Assembly (NCBI GenBank): GCA_965153285.1
Contig: OZ229129.1
Reading direction: 5' to 3' (one strand)
Source: Podarcis tiliguerta
Lineage: Eukaryota
DNA: 64,000 nucleotides
Program-made: the position numbers and the translations under genes
Shown: positions 40,286 through 53,213 of the stretch, piece after piece
Layout: every line of letters begins with the position of its first letter
Numbering within the stretch: the stretch's first letter is position 1
Notes under the pieces: model-generated
The model's database searches: none
Told to the model about the DNA's origin: nothing
Seen by the model: the letters and a program-made list of their open reading frames with translations, nothing else

Positions 40286-42877
40286 TAATCTCATAGCATT
40301 GTTTGTGAACTAAAGCAGCAGCAGCAGCAAACAAAGATCCCTGCTGGATTGATTTCCGTTCTAGAGATGGGACAAATAAGCAATAACTGGCAATTTCCGT
40401 TCCTGCTTCAGTTTCCAAAGTAATTCGGAAACATCTCTATTGTAACTCTAGATTCCTCATCCTGAAAGGACTACGGTACCAGTTCAGACTTGGGAATCTG
40501 TCCACTCTCTTTGGGATCTTTGTAAGAAATCAGAAAACTTCTTGGCATGTTATTGTCTTATGCGGAGGGTATTGTTCTGCAGAGAGGTATATTAGGTTAG
40601 TCCCCATCTGCAGTCTGGGGTGCTATTGTCTATACACAAGCTAAGAACTGGAAATGAACTAGTCTTTACCATAAAATTTCTTTTTAAGGACAGAAATCCA
40701 CAAATAGGATTGGAATCATCCATTGGAAAGTGAAGTGTTGTGACCTGCTCCCCCACCCCCCGTTTCTTGGGGAGGAGGGAGGAGGAATATGAGAAGCATT
40801 TGCTCAAAAACCCAGAACTTGCCTATGATCCTAAAGAGGATGACAACCCCCTGATTTAAAATCAAATGGCTCTTTCCCCTGTATCAATGCAGCAGTAATC
40901 CCAAAGGCACAAAATACAGGCAACAGACACATGCTAGGTAAAAGGAATAAATATATCTTTATTAACAAAGCCACCAATCACACTTTGAAGGCAACAATCT
41001 GTATTCAGGTAGACACAACATCAATATATAATTTCATTTTCCCAATTTTTTCACAGTGCAGATCAATATATAGTTCTCCCCTGTTTCACTTTTAAAAATC
41101 TTCTAAATAACAGTCATCAGCATCCTCTAAGAAAAAGTGTGATACAATTACCTTCACCCTGTGACATATTTGTTCTTTCTCATTTGTAACTCTAATTTAA
41201 AAATAGATAAAATTTTGAGCAGTTTTACGCAAAGGGCATTTATGGACCATTTCACACATGTTAGCCCTGCTTATTTGTTCCATGTAATTGTTTATCAGTA
41301 AAGAGATAAGTGCTGGGATCAATGGTGTCTCTGTGGCTGTCTCCCTGTACCAGTCCAGATCACCACAAATCTGCCTACCTCTGAGCACACCAACCAGGTG
41401 GAGAAAATAAAGGTGACCTGTGCGTGAGAACCAGCGCTAAGGAAAATCAGGTTTCTTGTTATACAAGCAATAAGCAAGAACTGATTCCAAACTGCAGTCC
41501 TAGCTATAAATTAACCTGAAATCACTAGGCTCTTTGGAGTCTAATTAACAATTAAGGCTCACTGGGTTCTTGTGCAAAAAGCACTGGGTGGACCTGTGCA
41601 AATCTCTCCAGAAATGTCAACAGAGTTTGAGGTTAAGTCAACACAAATGTATTCTCACCAGCTTTGGCCGACATTATCTGCAAGATATTCACCCCACCAC
41701 CCTTTTCTGAGGGTGCTTCCGCATCAGGGGTGGGGAATCCTTTTTACCCAAGAGGCCAGATATTTATGTCCCCCGCCCCTTTTGGCCAACTTTTAACAAA
41801 TGGGTGGGATGCCCTGCTTGGTCAGTCATCTGACATAACAACATCAGATCACCAACACAAGTCAAAGCAGAGTGCTTCCCAGTTGCCTGACAGCCTGTGG
41901 ATTGTTGGGTGATTTGGAAGCACTGAGTGCAAAGTGCTTTGCAAGCCCTGTGCTCGGGGCCTTGCAAGTGCTGAGCACTGGTCTTGCAAAGGGCTTTCTG
42001 CAGCGCTTCCTGAATGCCAGACAAGCAGCTGTTCAAGGGGCTTGCCCTATACTTGGTGCTTTGATCGGGCTCCTGAATGTTGATTCCATGCATGCACATG
42101 GCAACTGTGCCAAGAGTCACTCTGATCCCCTTTCATCCCCTTTAAACCAAACCTCCAAGCAGATCTGATAATTTTAACCCTTCCCTCTTTCTGTCAAACT
42201 CCACTAATGAAATCACCACCAAAGTGGCAAACTTCTGTGCATCTGCATGTGCTACTAGAAACCAGATGCTTAAATCTCCTTGCCAACTGCACGAACACTT
42301 AGCAACCCATTCTAGTGTGACTGAATGTGCAACAACACAAAGACACACTTCCTAGCACTTTGCTGTGCTATTAATTCTACATAGTCTTTTGCTGGCCTGT
42401 AAGCTGTAAAACTGTATTTGTTGATTGTAACTTAGTGGCTGATCTGTGATCCTAATAATAAAGATTCACTGGTTTATTGTGCCTTGCGCCAACCGTTTCT
42501 AACTCCCAAGTCCTTCTGGCACAAAACTATGTATATTATCTTACTACTGTGATACTTCAGAATAGTTTTTCTCAGAATAGACACATTGAAATTAATGAGC
42601 ATGACTAAGTTAGGCCTGTTAATTTTAATAGGAGCACTCTGAATAAAAATCAATTGGTTACTACTTGATGTGTCCTGAGATGTATGCTGTTCAGACCACT
42701 TAGTGGTGACCAGCTCCTGAGATGCTGCAGTTGTTTGGCATGATTCCTAGAAAAGGTGGGCGCTAGAGATGAATTAAAGATCGCATTTACTTGGAGGAGC
42801 ACAGTGCTAAGAACAAACAAGCATTGGCTCTTATAGATGCAGCAAAAAAACTCCATTGTTATACACACAGAAGAGGC

Positions 42878-43199
42878 TACTTCAAATATGTTGAGGGGGA
42901 ATCAACTTTGGAGAAAACAGACCACTTGTTTTCTCCTGCTCTGGAGGTAGGTCTCGAACCAATGGCTTCAATCTCTGAGAAAGGAGATTCCGACTAAACA
43001 TCAGGAAAAAACTTTCTGACAGTAAGAGCTGTTTGACAGTGGAAAGAGGTTGTAGACTCTCCCCCCTCTGAAGTTTTCAAGCAGAGGTTGGGTGGCAACA
43101 TGTCAGGGATGCTTTTGCTGAGATTCCTGCATTGCAGAGGGTTGGGCTAGATGACCCTTGAGGTCCCTCTCAACTCTGCAGTTCTATGATTCTATGATT
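42878..43199 (+). mobile_element. CR1 LINE 3' end
   Basis: Paralogous to 6400-6721; ends ttctatgattctatgatt. Confidence 0.88.
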
Positions 43200-45006
43200 G
43201 TGCCCCATGGAACTCTGGCTTGTAGCAATAACCTTTCCAGCTTTTGGCTCGGTTTGACCTCACACCTAGAGGAAGCTATTGAGCGAAATGAGGGCTCTTA
43301 TATCTCAGCCTCTGATGGGTTTGGGGAGCTGCCAAAGAGTCATTTGGCAATTCACTTCTGATTCAAACAAGCTGCAGTGCTCTTCAGAAGGCCCAAACAT
43401 CAATTGCTTCTAAATGAGACTTTGCATTTAAATAATCCATTTTCTTTCTTTTACGTAGCTGGCAGGTGGAACATCAAAAGTTTTCTTTTTGTATCTTTCT
43501 CTAATATTTCTTTTGCCTTCTCTCTCTTTATTTCTTCTTCTTCTGGAGTTCCATATCTGGGGCCTTTTATTAAAATCTATAAACTGTATACTCATGGAGG
43601 TGGTGGATGATTTATGGAGGGCTCTGGGTGAGAGACAGGGAAAGGTAGGTTTCCCGGGATGAAAGGCTGGGAGGAGCTACAGTCTATAAGGGCTAATAAT
43701 TACTTTTAAGAGAGGATCCATATTCCACTTATCTGATTTGTATTTCTGTAGTCACTATTTCACTGTGTTATGGAATTTTTAAATTACAAATCTCATTCGA
43801 ACCTGCCTGGTTAAAAAAACCACAACCAAAACAAAGCTAGATTGCATCAGCCCGGAGGGCTGTAGTTATCAGACCAGGGGTAGAGAAAGAATCTAACTCT
43901 TTCCTTTCTTAGCTCTACTGAAGTCCTTAGGAGAACTCTTCTTCTAAAATTGGCATTGACTTTGGGGGGAAATCCTGCATAGGCATTCTCTCCCCTCCAC
44001 ACAAACATTAGCTTAAAAGGAGGTGTTTCTATCTGGTTTCTATCTGGTTTCTCTGCCTGGTTGCTCAGTCAACTTCGCTAAATGAACCATTTAGAAAATA
44101 AATTTAGGACCTAAAATTCAAAAATTAATTTATGATATGTCTAAAATTACAACATGTGCCAAATCAATCAAATATTTAGCAATTCACACATGCATACATT
44201 ATTTCACATGAACTATAATCCAATTACGAACATATAATAAAAATGTGGAAAACCAAAAATCTCTCAAAAGGTGTTTTTAACCTTGCTTTCTATTTTTATT
44301 CCAAACCTTATAAATTATTGGAAACACGGCAACTTACAATAACGACTTTTATTTTCCCAAACTGAAAACCTAGACTAAGGTAAATCCTTTTTTTATTAAG
44401 CACAGCTAAATCCAGTGAATGGAGTACACCTAATTTATATTTCTACCGCTCTGCATTTCAACTGAGACAATTATTATATAGAATAAAAGGGGAACTGAAT
44501 CAACACAGAATAGACACTGAAATTAAACTTTCCAAACATCTCTCATTAACAAGCTCTTGCATTTAAAGATCTTAAACCAAATCAATTGAACTCTTTAACA
44601 AATCCATTTACTAATTGCACTATCCAAATATGGACAATCTGACAATGTAAATTTGCACCTATTATGTCTCCATTAATCCTATTATCATACCACCCAGATT
44701 TCTTTCCAGCAAGGCAATCTGAACACTGGGAATCCAAAGGTTTAGACACATTACAAGATTTATATACGAATAATCAACCAATATCTATTAACCTGATAAC
44801 ATTAACTTTGTCGAACATTTACACAAACTAGATTTTAATCAAATTCATATTTTAGTACAAAAGAACATTTAAAAATACAAGCTTTGAGACTCTTAAGGCA
44901 ATTTTAAAATTTATTAAGCACAATGGAGGTGGAATGATTAGTTTCTAAATTGTACTCTAGCTTATGGATCTATGGATATGGGAACTAGATACTGGCACAC
45001 AAATTA

Positions 45007-45251
45007 CAGTGGTACCTCTGGATGTGAACGGGGTCCGTTCTGGAGCCCCATCCGCATTCAGAAGCGAATGCAACCCACGTCTGCGCATGCGCGGTTTGCG
45101 ATTCGCCACTTCTGTGCATGATGTCATTTAGACCATCTGCACATGCGCAAGCAGCGAAACCCGGAAGTAACACGCTCCGTTACTTCCGGGTCGCGCAGCG
45201 CGCAACCCGAAAATACTTATCCCAAAGCTACTTCAACCCGAGGTATGACTG
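45007..45251. mobile_element. Tc1/mariner-type MITE family 2 (CpG-rich)
   Basis: cagtggtacctc...gaggtatgactg with TA TSD; reverse complement of 58384-58629. Confidence 0.9.
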
Positions 45252-45740
45252 TATTCCCAAGGATTGGAATAAAATTTGGGAATTATGACCCTTAAAATCT
45301 GTTTCCGTTTTTTCTTAAAATTATTACACAGATGGTATCACACTCCTTTGCAAAGGTAAAAAAAATGTTTTCTTCTATATCCCCTAATTGTTGGAGGGGT
45401 TGCAATAAACTTTGTACATATTGTCATTTAGGGTAGGAATGTCCATTTGTGTAAGATTTCTGGAATTTGATTTTGACAGAAATAATAGATGTTACTAAAG
45501 AAACTATTGTTTGTTGCCAAAATCTAATGTTATTGAATATTTTTGTGGATACCAATGTAAATATATTGTCAGAAAGAATGGGTCTTATATATTATCTTGG
45601 CAGCACAAATAGTAATTGCAACTCAGTGGAAACCAGCCCAAAATCTGCCACTGGGTGTCTGATGCCACTCACTCTGGAATATAGATGTAGTGGAGAAAAT
45701 CACACATAATTTGAGATTTTAACAAGGTCTAGGTTCTTCA

Positions 45741-46127
45741 GGGACACGGGTGGCACTGTGGTCTAAACCACCCTAACCCTAACTCTTGGGCTTGCCGATC
45801 AGATGGTCGGCGGTTTGAATCCCCACAACGGGGTGAGCTCCCGTTGCTCAGTCCTATCTCCTGCCAACCTAGCAGTTTGAAAGCACACCAGTGCAAGTAG
45901 ATAAATAGGTACCGCTCCAGCAGGAAGGTAAACGGCGTTTCTGCGCGCTGCTCTGGTTTCGGCATTCCGTTGCTCCAGAAGCGGCTTAGTCATGCTGGCT
46001 ACGTGACCCGGAAAAACTGTCTGCAGACAAACGTTGGCTCCCTCGGCCTGTAAAGCGAGATGAGCGCCACAACCCCAGAGTCGTCTGCGACTGGACTTAA
46101 TTGTCAGGGGTCCTTTACCTTTACCTT
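45741..46127 (+). mobile_element. Sauria SINE (full length) inserted in an old L1
   Basis: gggacacgggtggcactgtgg head, (accttt)n tail, TSD aggttcttcag/aggttctccag. Confidence 0.92.
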
Positions 46128-46570
46128 CAGGTTCTCCAGACGCCTTTTATATGATTTGAAATTCTTTACAACATATACAACATTGCTTTCAAGACAATCC
46201 TTGTCACAAGCCTGTCAAATCTGGAAATAGACTTGATAATCTGATGAAGTTGACAGTCTTTACTTAGACTTTGCTATTCTAACTCATGTGCAAATACTCA
46301 TTCTGCATGCCTGTTTTATGGTTTTGTTTTTCATGTTTTAATTTTTGTCTGTTGTTATAATTGTCCTTTCTGTTTGAATTACATTGTGGAGGGTTCAGTC
46401 TCCCTTTCATTCAGCCTCTGGTTCCATTAATTATCACCCCTTGCTGAGGCAAATTGCATTTTTTAAAGAAACAAAAAACAAATACACCATTTTGCAGGGT
46501 AGATAAGACGTATTTAATATTACCTGCAGTTTGCCCTTGTGTGTAGGCTGTAAACCAGTTAAAAATTCAA

Positions 46571-46646
46571 GTTTTAGTAAGACTGCTGTATTGCAGATTA
46601 TATATCTAGTTTTAGTAAGACTGCTGGATTGCAGATTATATATCTA
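46571..46646. repeat. Local 38-bp tandem duplication
   Basis: gttttagtaagactgctg(t/g)attgcagattatatatcta occurs twice in tandem. Confidence 0.85.
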
Positions 46647-47022
46647 TGTATCTATATATCTATATGGACAAAGGGGAGGCTGGTCGGGCAAAAGATTCCT
46701 TCATTGTGGGGAGTTGGGCCAGGGGGCCCTTGTGGTCCCTTCTAACTCTACAATTCTATAAGTCTAAGGTGAGGTAGAGCCCTACCATTATTTTTTCTGC
46801 ACTCCAAAAATCCAAACCTCTGTAGCAATGCCATATTCATAAATTTCCTATAACTGAGGGTAGAGTGCCAGAAAATTTGTCAATTTGAGTTTCTCTCTGT
46901 TCTTCAGTTCTGCAGCCTTGTTCTCAAGTCTCCACATTTCCAAATCAGCTTGAGCTGCTTTAAAAGAAAAGTCCTCATGAGAATTCATCAGCCTTTTTTG
47001 TGTGTGAGCTTCTCCTAATATA

Positions 47023-47281
47023 CCATATTTTTTGCTCTATAAGACTCACTTTTCCCCTCCTAAAAAGTAAGGGGGAATGTGTGTGCGTCTTATGGAGCGA
47101 GTGCAGGCTGCGCAGCTATCCCAGAAGCCAGAACAGCAAGAGGGATTGCTGCTTTCACTGCACAGCGATCCCTCTTACTGTTCTGGCTTCTGAGATTCAG
47201 AATATTTTTTTTCTTGTTTTCCTCCTCCAAAAACTAGGTGCGTCTTGTGGTCTGGTGTGTCTTATAGAGCAAAAAATACGG
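47023..47281. mobile_element. Tc1/pogo-type MITE with an internal 71-nt hairpin
   Basis: TIRs ccatattttttgctctataagac / gtcttatagagcaaaaaatacgg with TA TSD. Confidence 0.88.
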
Positions 47282-49004
47282 TACATTTCTTCCTATGGGA
47301 AAATAACTGCTCTCCAATTTTACAGCAATTTCTCCCCAATTTCTGATTTCTCCCCAATTTCTGATTTTTGTCAATCAGAATTTATCTCAGCCAATTAATT
47401 CAACCAATTTGTTGATTAAACATTGCAGAGCTAGCTAGACTTCTGGTCTTTCCCAAATGATAGGATTACCCATACCTGGGCTTGCAGAGAGAGGGCACAG
47501 TGTTGATTAGGAGAAAGACACACATCACAGAAAGCAAGACAAATGAGCTCCAGATGTTGCCAGGACTACAGCATCCTAGAAATTCATTGTCCTGGCTGGT
47601 GCTGATGGGAGTTGGAGTCCAGCAACACCTGCAGATTCTTCACCCTGGATATAAAGAGAGAACTCACAGCATAACCCTCAGCTGCCAGTGAACCTCAATT
47701 ATTCCCAGCTCTGGAACTTGTCGTGCTAGGTATTAATACCAGCAAATCATATGCCAGCCCAGTCATTGGTCTTGCCTTTCCCAGCATTCCTCTGGTGGGA
47801 GGGCTGGCTGGTTTTCTTTATATTTACATGCAGTGCATGGACAATCATGCAGATATGCATCCATCCACCTGTGGCTTTATTTTGTTTTCCAAGTGCAAAC
47901 TCCACTCCCACCCCAATGCAAACATGGTCCAAAGATTAGGGGAAGGGCCAGCCAATCTGTGCCACACAAAGCTGCTTTTTGTTTCAAACTTTCTAAATTG
48001 ACTCTTCCCTCCCCTGCTGGGGCTGAATTAGACACTTGAGGAATAGGTACATTCTGATGGACCGCCACAGGTCCTGCTGTTCTAAACATGTCACTGCTGT
48101 ATTCACATTTAAATAGCAACCCATCAACCGCAGGGTAAAAACTGATTTGCTTTGCTTTTTGCCCTGCTTTTTGGTTAAGACACTTTAATTTTTAACAGCA
48201 CAGGCATACTTTTTTTTTTTTTTTTTTGCTATTTCCTTAAAAAATAGGCACACTTAAATGATACATTGCAAAAGGTTTGTTCTTAAGAGCATATACAAAT
48301 AAAACGACCTTTCTACAGGTGAGCTCATCCTCACTGTTTTACTGTACAAGCCACTGTTCTGGGCATCCCTCTGTATTGGAAAAGCTGAGAACAATGGCTC
48401 ATATAGAAGCCCAATGGGCAGCCTCCTTCCAGGATGATTGCCGTGAGGTTACATGAGCCCTTAATGGTCTGTAATTCACCTTGCATGCCACATTAGCAGC
48501 CATCTCATGGCACACTAATGTATCCAGCCTGGCAAGGACACAGCTCTTTGTTGCTAAGCTTTAAAGAAGAATTGCTGGAGATATATCATCAGGTTGGTGG
48601 CAAATCACTGGTTAACACATACAGTAATCTAATATAGCGCAAAGTTGGTCATGCGGCCTAGAGCTTTTGCACACTCCAGCAGAGGCACACCAGAAGGAGC
48701 AGAGTGTGGCACATCTGTTGGTAGAACACTGCAGAGAAGGACAATGCACAAAGTAGCACATTCTCAGGGCTGTATGCACCCTTCTTGGAATGCTTCTTGT
48801 CTTAGGGAGTCATCGCATATGTGCAGCACACGCATCCCAAATCAATCAGGCACACTGTGGAAAGCAGCATTGAAGAGAACAACAAGACAGGCAAGCACCA
48901 TCCTGCAAATCTTTACACAAATCCATGACTTCAGTGGGAATGTGAATGAGGTGTGTGTGAGTGCACGCACATGTGTGCGTGCATTAATGCTGAGAAAGGA
49001 TAAA

Positions 49005-49172
49005 CCCAGTGGCAGAGCACATGCATTGCACGCAGAAGGTTCAATCCCAGGCATTGTTCGCTGAAAGAGTGGGATAGACCTCTTGGCCCCAGATGCTGAA
49101 GAGTTTGGTCAGCCAGAGCAGAGAGTCCTGGCCTGGATAAAAGGGTCCAGTTGAGCTTAAGGCAGTTGCCCC
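49005..49172 (+). mobile_element. Short tRNA-derived SINE, decayed, antisense within the probable MTNR1C 3'UTR
   Basis: cagtggcagagcacatgcattgcacgcagaaggttcaatcccaggcat...aaggcagttgcc. Confidence 0.6.
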
Positions 49173-49426
49173 AAGGCAACTTTGTAAGCTGGTGGCCAAA
49201 GAAGGCTTCTTGCTTCAAAAGTGTATGTTCTTTCTCTGCAGAACCTAGGAAACCATAAGCCGACTCTCACAAAGCATAATAACAAGCCCATTGTTTGAAG
49301 AGAGAGAGAATGAGACAGAAGGTGGTGGAATCATTTGTACGAGTCAAATTTGGCCCTTGTGATAGCATGTAGAAGATGAGCTTTACATAGTGCATATGGA
49401 CAGAGCGGAATAAATAGTCCTTCTAT

Positions 49427-50292
49427 TTACAATAAGATTTCAGCCTGGTTGTTGTTTGTTCCGGCCGGGGATGGCTTGCTTTTAACCCCCTCTGTCCCAC
49501 CTTTCGAGGCATCAAGAAAGAGCAGGCGTGGACTCCAGAGGCCAAGGAGGATTCTCTTGTACTCCTTCCGGAAATTCTGGTTGAGAATGCCGTATATCAC
49601 GGCATTGAGGCAGCTGTTAAAGTAAGCCATGAAGTAGCTCACCACAAAAAGCCACTCTGGAATCTGCGGGATGATCTTCGAAGGGTTGATGGAGACCGCC
49701 AGGCCGATGAAGTTTAATGGCCCCCAGCACACTGCGAACAGGACAAAGACCACAAACATGGTCAGGAAGTTCCGCACATCAGCCGTACGCACTTTCTGCT
49801 TGCAGTCTTGCCTCACCCGGTGCTTGACCTGGATCACGAGGATCCAGATCCGTAGGTAGCAGAAGGTCACGATGGAGAGAGGGATGATGAAATGGACCAC
49901 CACCACAGTGATGGTGTACGACATGCTCACCGTCTGAGCAAAAGTGCATGAATAAATCCTCTGGTCATACTGCAGGGAGCCCACGAAAAGGTTTGGCAGG
50001 ATAGCCACCAGGGTCAGCAGCCACGTCAGGCAAAGGTAGCCGCAGGTGTTCTTCAGGTTGAAGAGCTTGTCGTACCGGAGGCTGTGGCAAATGTAGCAGT
50101 ACCTGTTGATGGCGATGGCTGTGATGTTGAAGATGGAGCCAATCACGCTGAGGCCCATGAAGAAGCCGCTGATCTGGCAGTGGATGTCGCCCATGGTCCA
50201 TTCATTGTGGAAGATGGCGGTCAATATAAGAGGGTAGGGATAGACAGCCACCACCAGGTCTGCCACAGACAGGCTGACCACAAAGATATTGC
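49427..50292 (-). CDS. MTNR1C: Melatonin receptor type 1C (Mel1c), coding exon 2 (TM2-TM7 and C-tail; 287 codons plus a split Gly codon)
   Basis: Translation has melatonin-receptor signatures: YPYP (TM2), NRYCYICH (TM3), CTFAQ (ECL2), VVVVHF (TM5) and NAVIY (TM7). The short C-tail [25 protein letters not shown] is Mel1c-type. The exon starts after a pyrimidine tract and CAG at the conserved phase-1 G|NIFVV junction; TAA at 49427-49429. Confidence 0.95.
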
Positions 50293-50325
50293 CTGGGTGG
50301 GGGGTGGGGAGAGAGATGAAGAAAT
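50293..50325 (-). promoter_or_regulatory. MTNR1C: 3' splice acceptor (polypyrimidine tract + CAG) of MTNR1C intron 1
   Basis: Minus strand reads ttcttcatctctctccccacccccacccag|GCAATATCTTT, the position of the single intron in melatonin receptor genes. Confidence 0.9.
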
Positions 50326-51237
50326 AGTTAAACCCCTGGCTTGTGTAAATATTAATATCCAAAGAACATCTGACCCAGCTTTCAGGGCACACCACCAGCT
50401 TACAGAAGAGTTTTGAAGCATAAAATTGCACCAGATTTAAACTTCAGCCACTGGTTTAAACCTGGTAGCAGCTAATAAAAATTGTACAGTATTTGTTTCT
50501 CTGACTTTCAAGTTGTGGAATGAAGAGGCCAGACGAGAAATGCACTGTTATGGGAATATAGCTTTGTAGTGGTAATTTTGGGCAGGAGTAGGGAAGAATT
50601 CTACTCAATACAAAGTGATCAATTCAATCAACTGCAAATTCCTCCACTCCCTTGGGCACCCAGATCACTCCAGCTGGGTATTTCTGATTCCTTCCATTGG
50701 CTTGCCAAATGGATCCATTCCAAGAATCTGAAAATATAAGTTGTGAGTTGAAATTGTTGTTTAGAAGCCATACCAGTTTTGTAAACACACACACACACAG
50801 ACAGGTTTTGAAAAATGCGGGCCAAGAGCTAATGAAAATATATAGAAAGGTCAACTGAGTTTAAGAAAGCAAAGGGGGTAAAAGCTAAGAAAGTGGAAAA
50901 GTAAATATTTAGTGTGGTTGGGGAGGCAATAAAAGTGTTCTGCAAACAGATAATAGAATTTGGCATACAGACAGAAATAAGCCTGCCATATGCTCCTGTA
51001 GCCCCAGAAAGATAAACACGAGAATCTTGTTGTGGACTATAACTTTGAAAAATTTACAGAAAACATATTTATCTCCAGATCCTTCCCATCACTGATCTTC
51101 ACTTTCCTGCTGCCCACACATTTCAAGTATTCAGCTGGGAAAGAACTATAAAGTTCCTTCTGTTGTTTGGGAACACAACAACAAGGAAGCCACAACAGTT
51201 CCGATCTTGTGCTGTTGGGTGTGCAGATGGATAAGGA

Positions 51238-51413
51238 CGTAGGAAGCTGCCTTATACTGAGACTACGGGGCCCTTCTAGCTCAACCAAATCTACCCTGAT
51301 CATCAGCTCTCCAGGGTTCCAGGCAGCGGCCTCTCCCATCCCTACCTGGAGGTGTCATAAACTGGGCCAGGGACCTTCTCAATGCAAAGAAGATGCTCTA
51401 CCACTGAGCTATG
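51238..51413 (-). mobile_element. Short tRNA-derived SINE (same family)
   Basis: taggaagctgccttatactgag...gatgctctaccactgagctatgg. Confidence 0.8.
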
Positions 51414-52876
51414 GTGCTTCCCAGGGTGTGTGTGAAAGAAGAAGTAGCCCATCTCAGGAGGAGTTAAGTTCAGGAGAGTGTAGAGAGAATTAGGCTTTTC
51501 CAGGGCAGACCCAACATTTTGTGCTGTCTGAAGCAATAAAGAAGTCAGGCTAGCTACACTAGCAGGCCCTCCCACTCATTCCGTTGAGTGGAGCTGTAGA
51601 CGTCTGCCCCAAAGTCCTGCTCAGATGAGCAGGTGACAGCAAAGGCTGCAAGGTTTTTTAGCTGGGGCAATCAGAATAAGATTCACTATTTGACTATTGA
51701 TTCAAAACCCTGAAGTGTATTTTATATAATTGACTTTTTGATTTCTATTCTTTGTATATCATATTGTTGTTTTATTGCTATGGCCGATGGCTGACACAAA
51801 TAAAGATTCATTCCTTCATTCCTGCTCAATGCCCTGGGCTCAATGACCTGGGAGGTGGCATTTGAGGACTTTCTATGTCACTATCAAAAGGATAGGCAAA
51901 TCTGTCAAATTTTCCAACCTGGTAGCCAGAAGTAGAGCAGAATACAATTCTTCAAGTATTTATCCTAGGCCTGACCAATCCAGAGGCTTCATTCTGCCTC
52001 CCAATCAATCACAGAGGCTGTTCCACAATGATGAGGACACAGAGGTCTGAGCCTTTGGCAGAACTCACCAAACAAAGACCTCAACCTCAGACGTCACAGT
52101 TCCCTGTTCAAGGCAGAGGAAACCCCTGACAGCATCTAGTGTAACACTGCAAATGTTTAACCTGGCAGAGGGCAAACGAGAAGCAGAGATTCACAACCAC
52201 TTGAAGATAATGCTCTTATTCAAACACTGCAATCTGTCAACGGACACTGAGAAAAGTGAGACTGGCATGTGGGATTTCCTAGTACATAGCACTGAAGTGA
52301 AACACGAACGGGCACTGAGGAAGTACTTGTCACTTGAGAGGCAACCATTAAATTCATGGGATCACTTGCCATCCATCACCATCAGAATGACTGAAGGCAG
52401 CAGACAAGGAGCATTCACAAGAAGCTGACATAACGATGAAGGTTTGCTACAGCAATCCATTTGGCACTGACAACACTCTCTATAAATTCTGCTCAAATGA
52501 GAGTCTGGAATGACCATGTGGTCATGAATGTTCTGCACCACCTGCAATCTCTGGCAAGCAGTAGCAAGATTCCAGGGGTTCTATGCACTCACCCAGGGTT
52601 GTGTTTCTGCTGTGAAAATTGAGGGACAGCAAAATCTAATGTCTTTAAGAAATATGGGGTTTATTTTACACATATTTAACATATGAAGTCTTCCATGGAG
52701 GGGGTGCAGAACATTATGCCCCAATAGTATCTCTTGTTGCCCCTCCCATAACTTCAGCAAGCTTAACTCCAAACCAGCAGTCAGTGACGGTTTCTGGTCT
52801 TCTGTAAGAAGCTGGTAATGCCATAGATCTAGAGTACCAGAGTCTGTTAAAGAAAAATTGAAATTAATAAACAGCA

Positions 52877-53213
52877 GTCTAAACCACAGAGCCTAGGGCC
52901 TGTCGATCAGAAGGTCAACGGTTCGAATCCCCACGACGGGGTGAGCTCCCGTTGCTCGGTCCCTGCTCCTGCCAACCTAGCAGTTTGAAAGCACGTCAAA
53001 GTGCAAGTAGATAAATAGGTACCACTCCGGCAGGAAGGTAAACGGCGTTTCCGTGCGCTGCTCTGGTTCACCAGAAGCGGCTTAGTCATGCTGGCCACAT
53101 GACCCGGAAGCTGTACGCCGGCTCCCTCGGCCTATTGAGCAAGATGATCACTGCAACCCCAGAGTCATCTGCGACTGGAACTAATGGTCAGGGGTACCTT
53201 TAACTTTACCTTT
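52877..53213 (+). mobile_element. Sauria SINE (slightly 5'-truncated)
   Basis: Body matches the other copies; tail ggggtacctttaactttaccttt. Confidence 0.9.

Larger units (their letters stand above)
44030..46400 (+). mobile_element. Old, decayed L1-clade ORF2/3' segment hosting a MITE and a Sauria SINE
   Basis: A-rich strand bias; remnants RWYHTP and PNCWRGC..C.YCH near 45330-45445; many frameshifts. Confidence 0.65.

Noticed and set aside
49427-50292. MTNR1A, MTNR1B or mammalian-type GPR50
   Set aside because: The C-tail ([21 protein letters not shown]) and ICL3 (VKHRVRQD) are Mel1c-type, and there is no long Ser/Thr-rich GPR50 extension.
50293-50431. N-terminal 46 aa of the 334-aa ORF as the true receptor N-terminus (single-exon gene)
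   Set aside because: It begins at GTG, has no TM1 similarity and runs through a canonical polypyrimidine/CAG acceptor; it is intron read-through.
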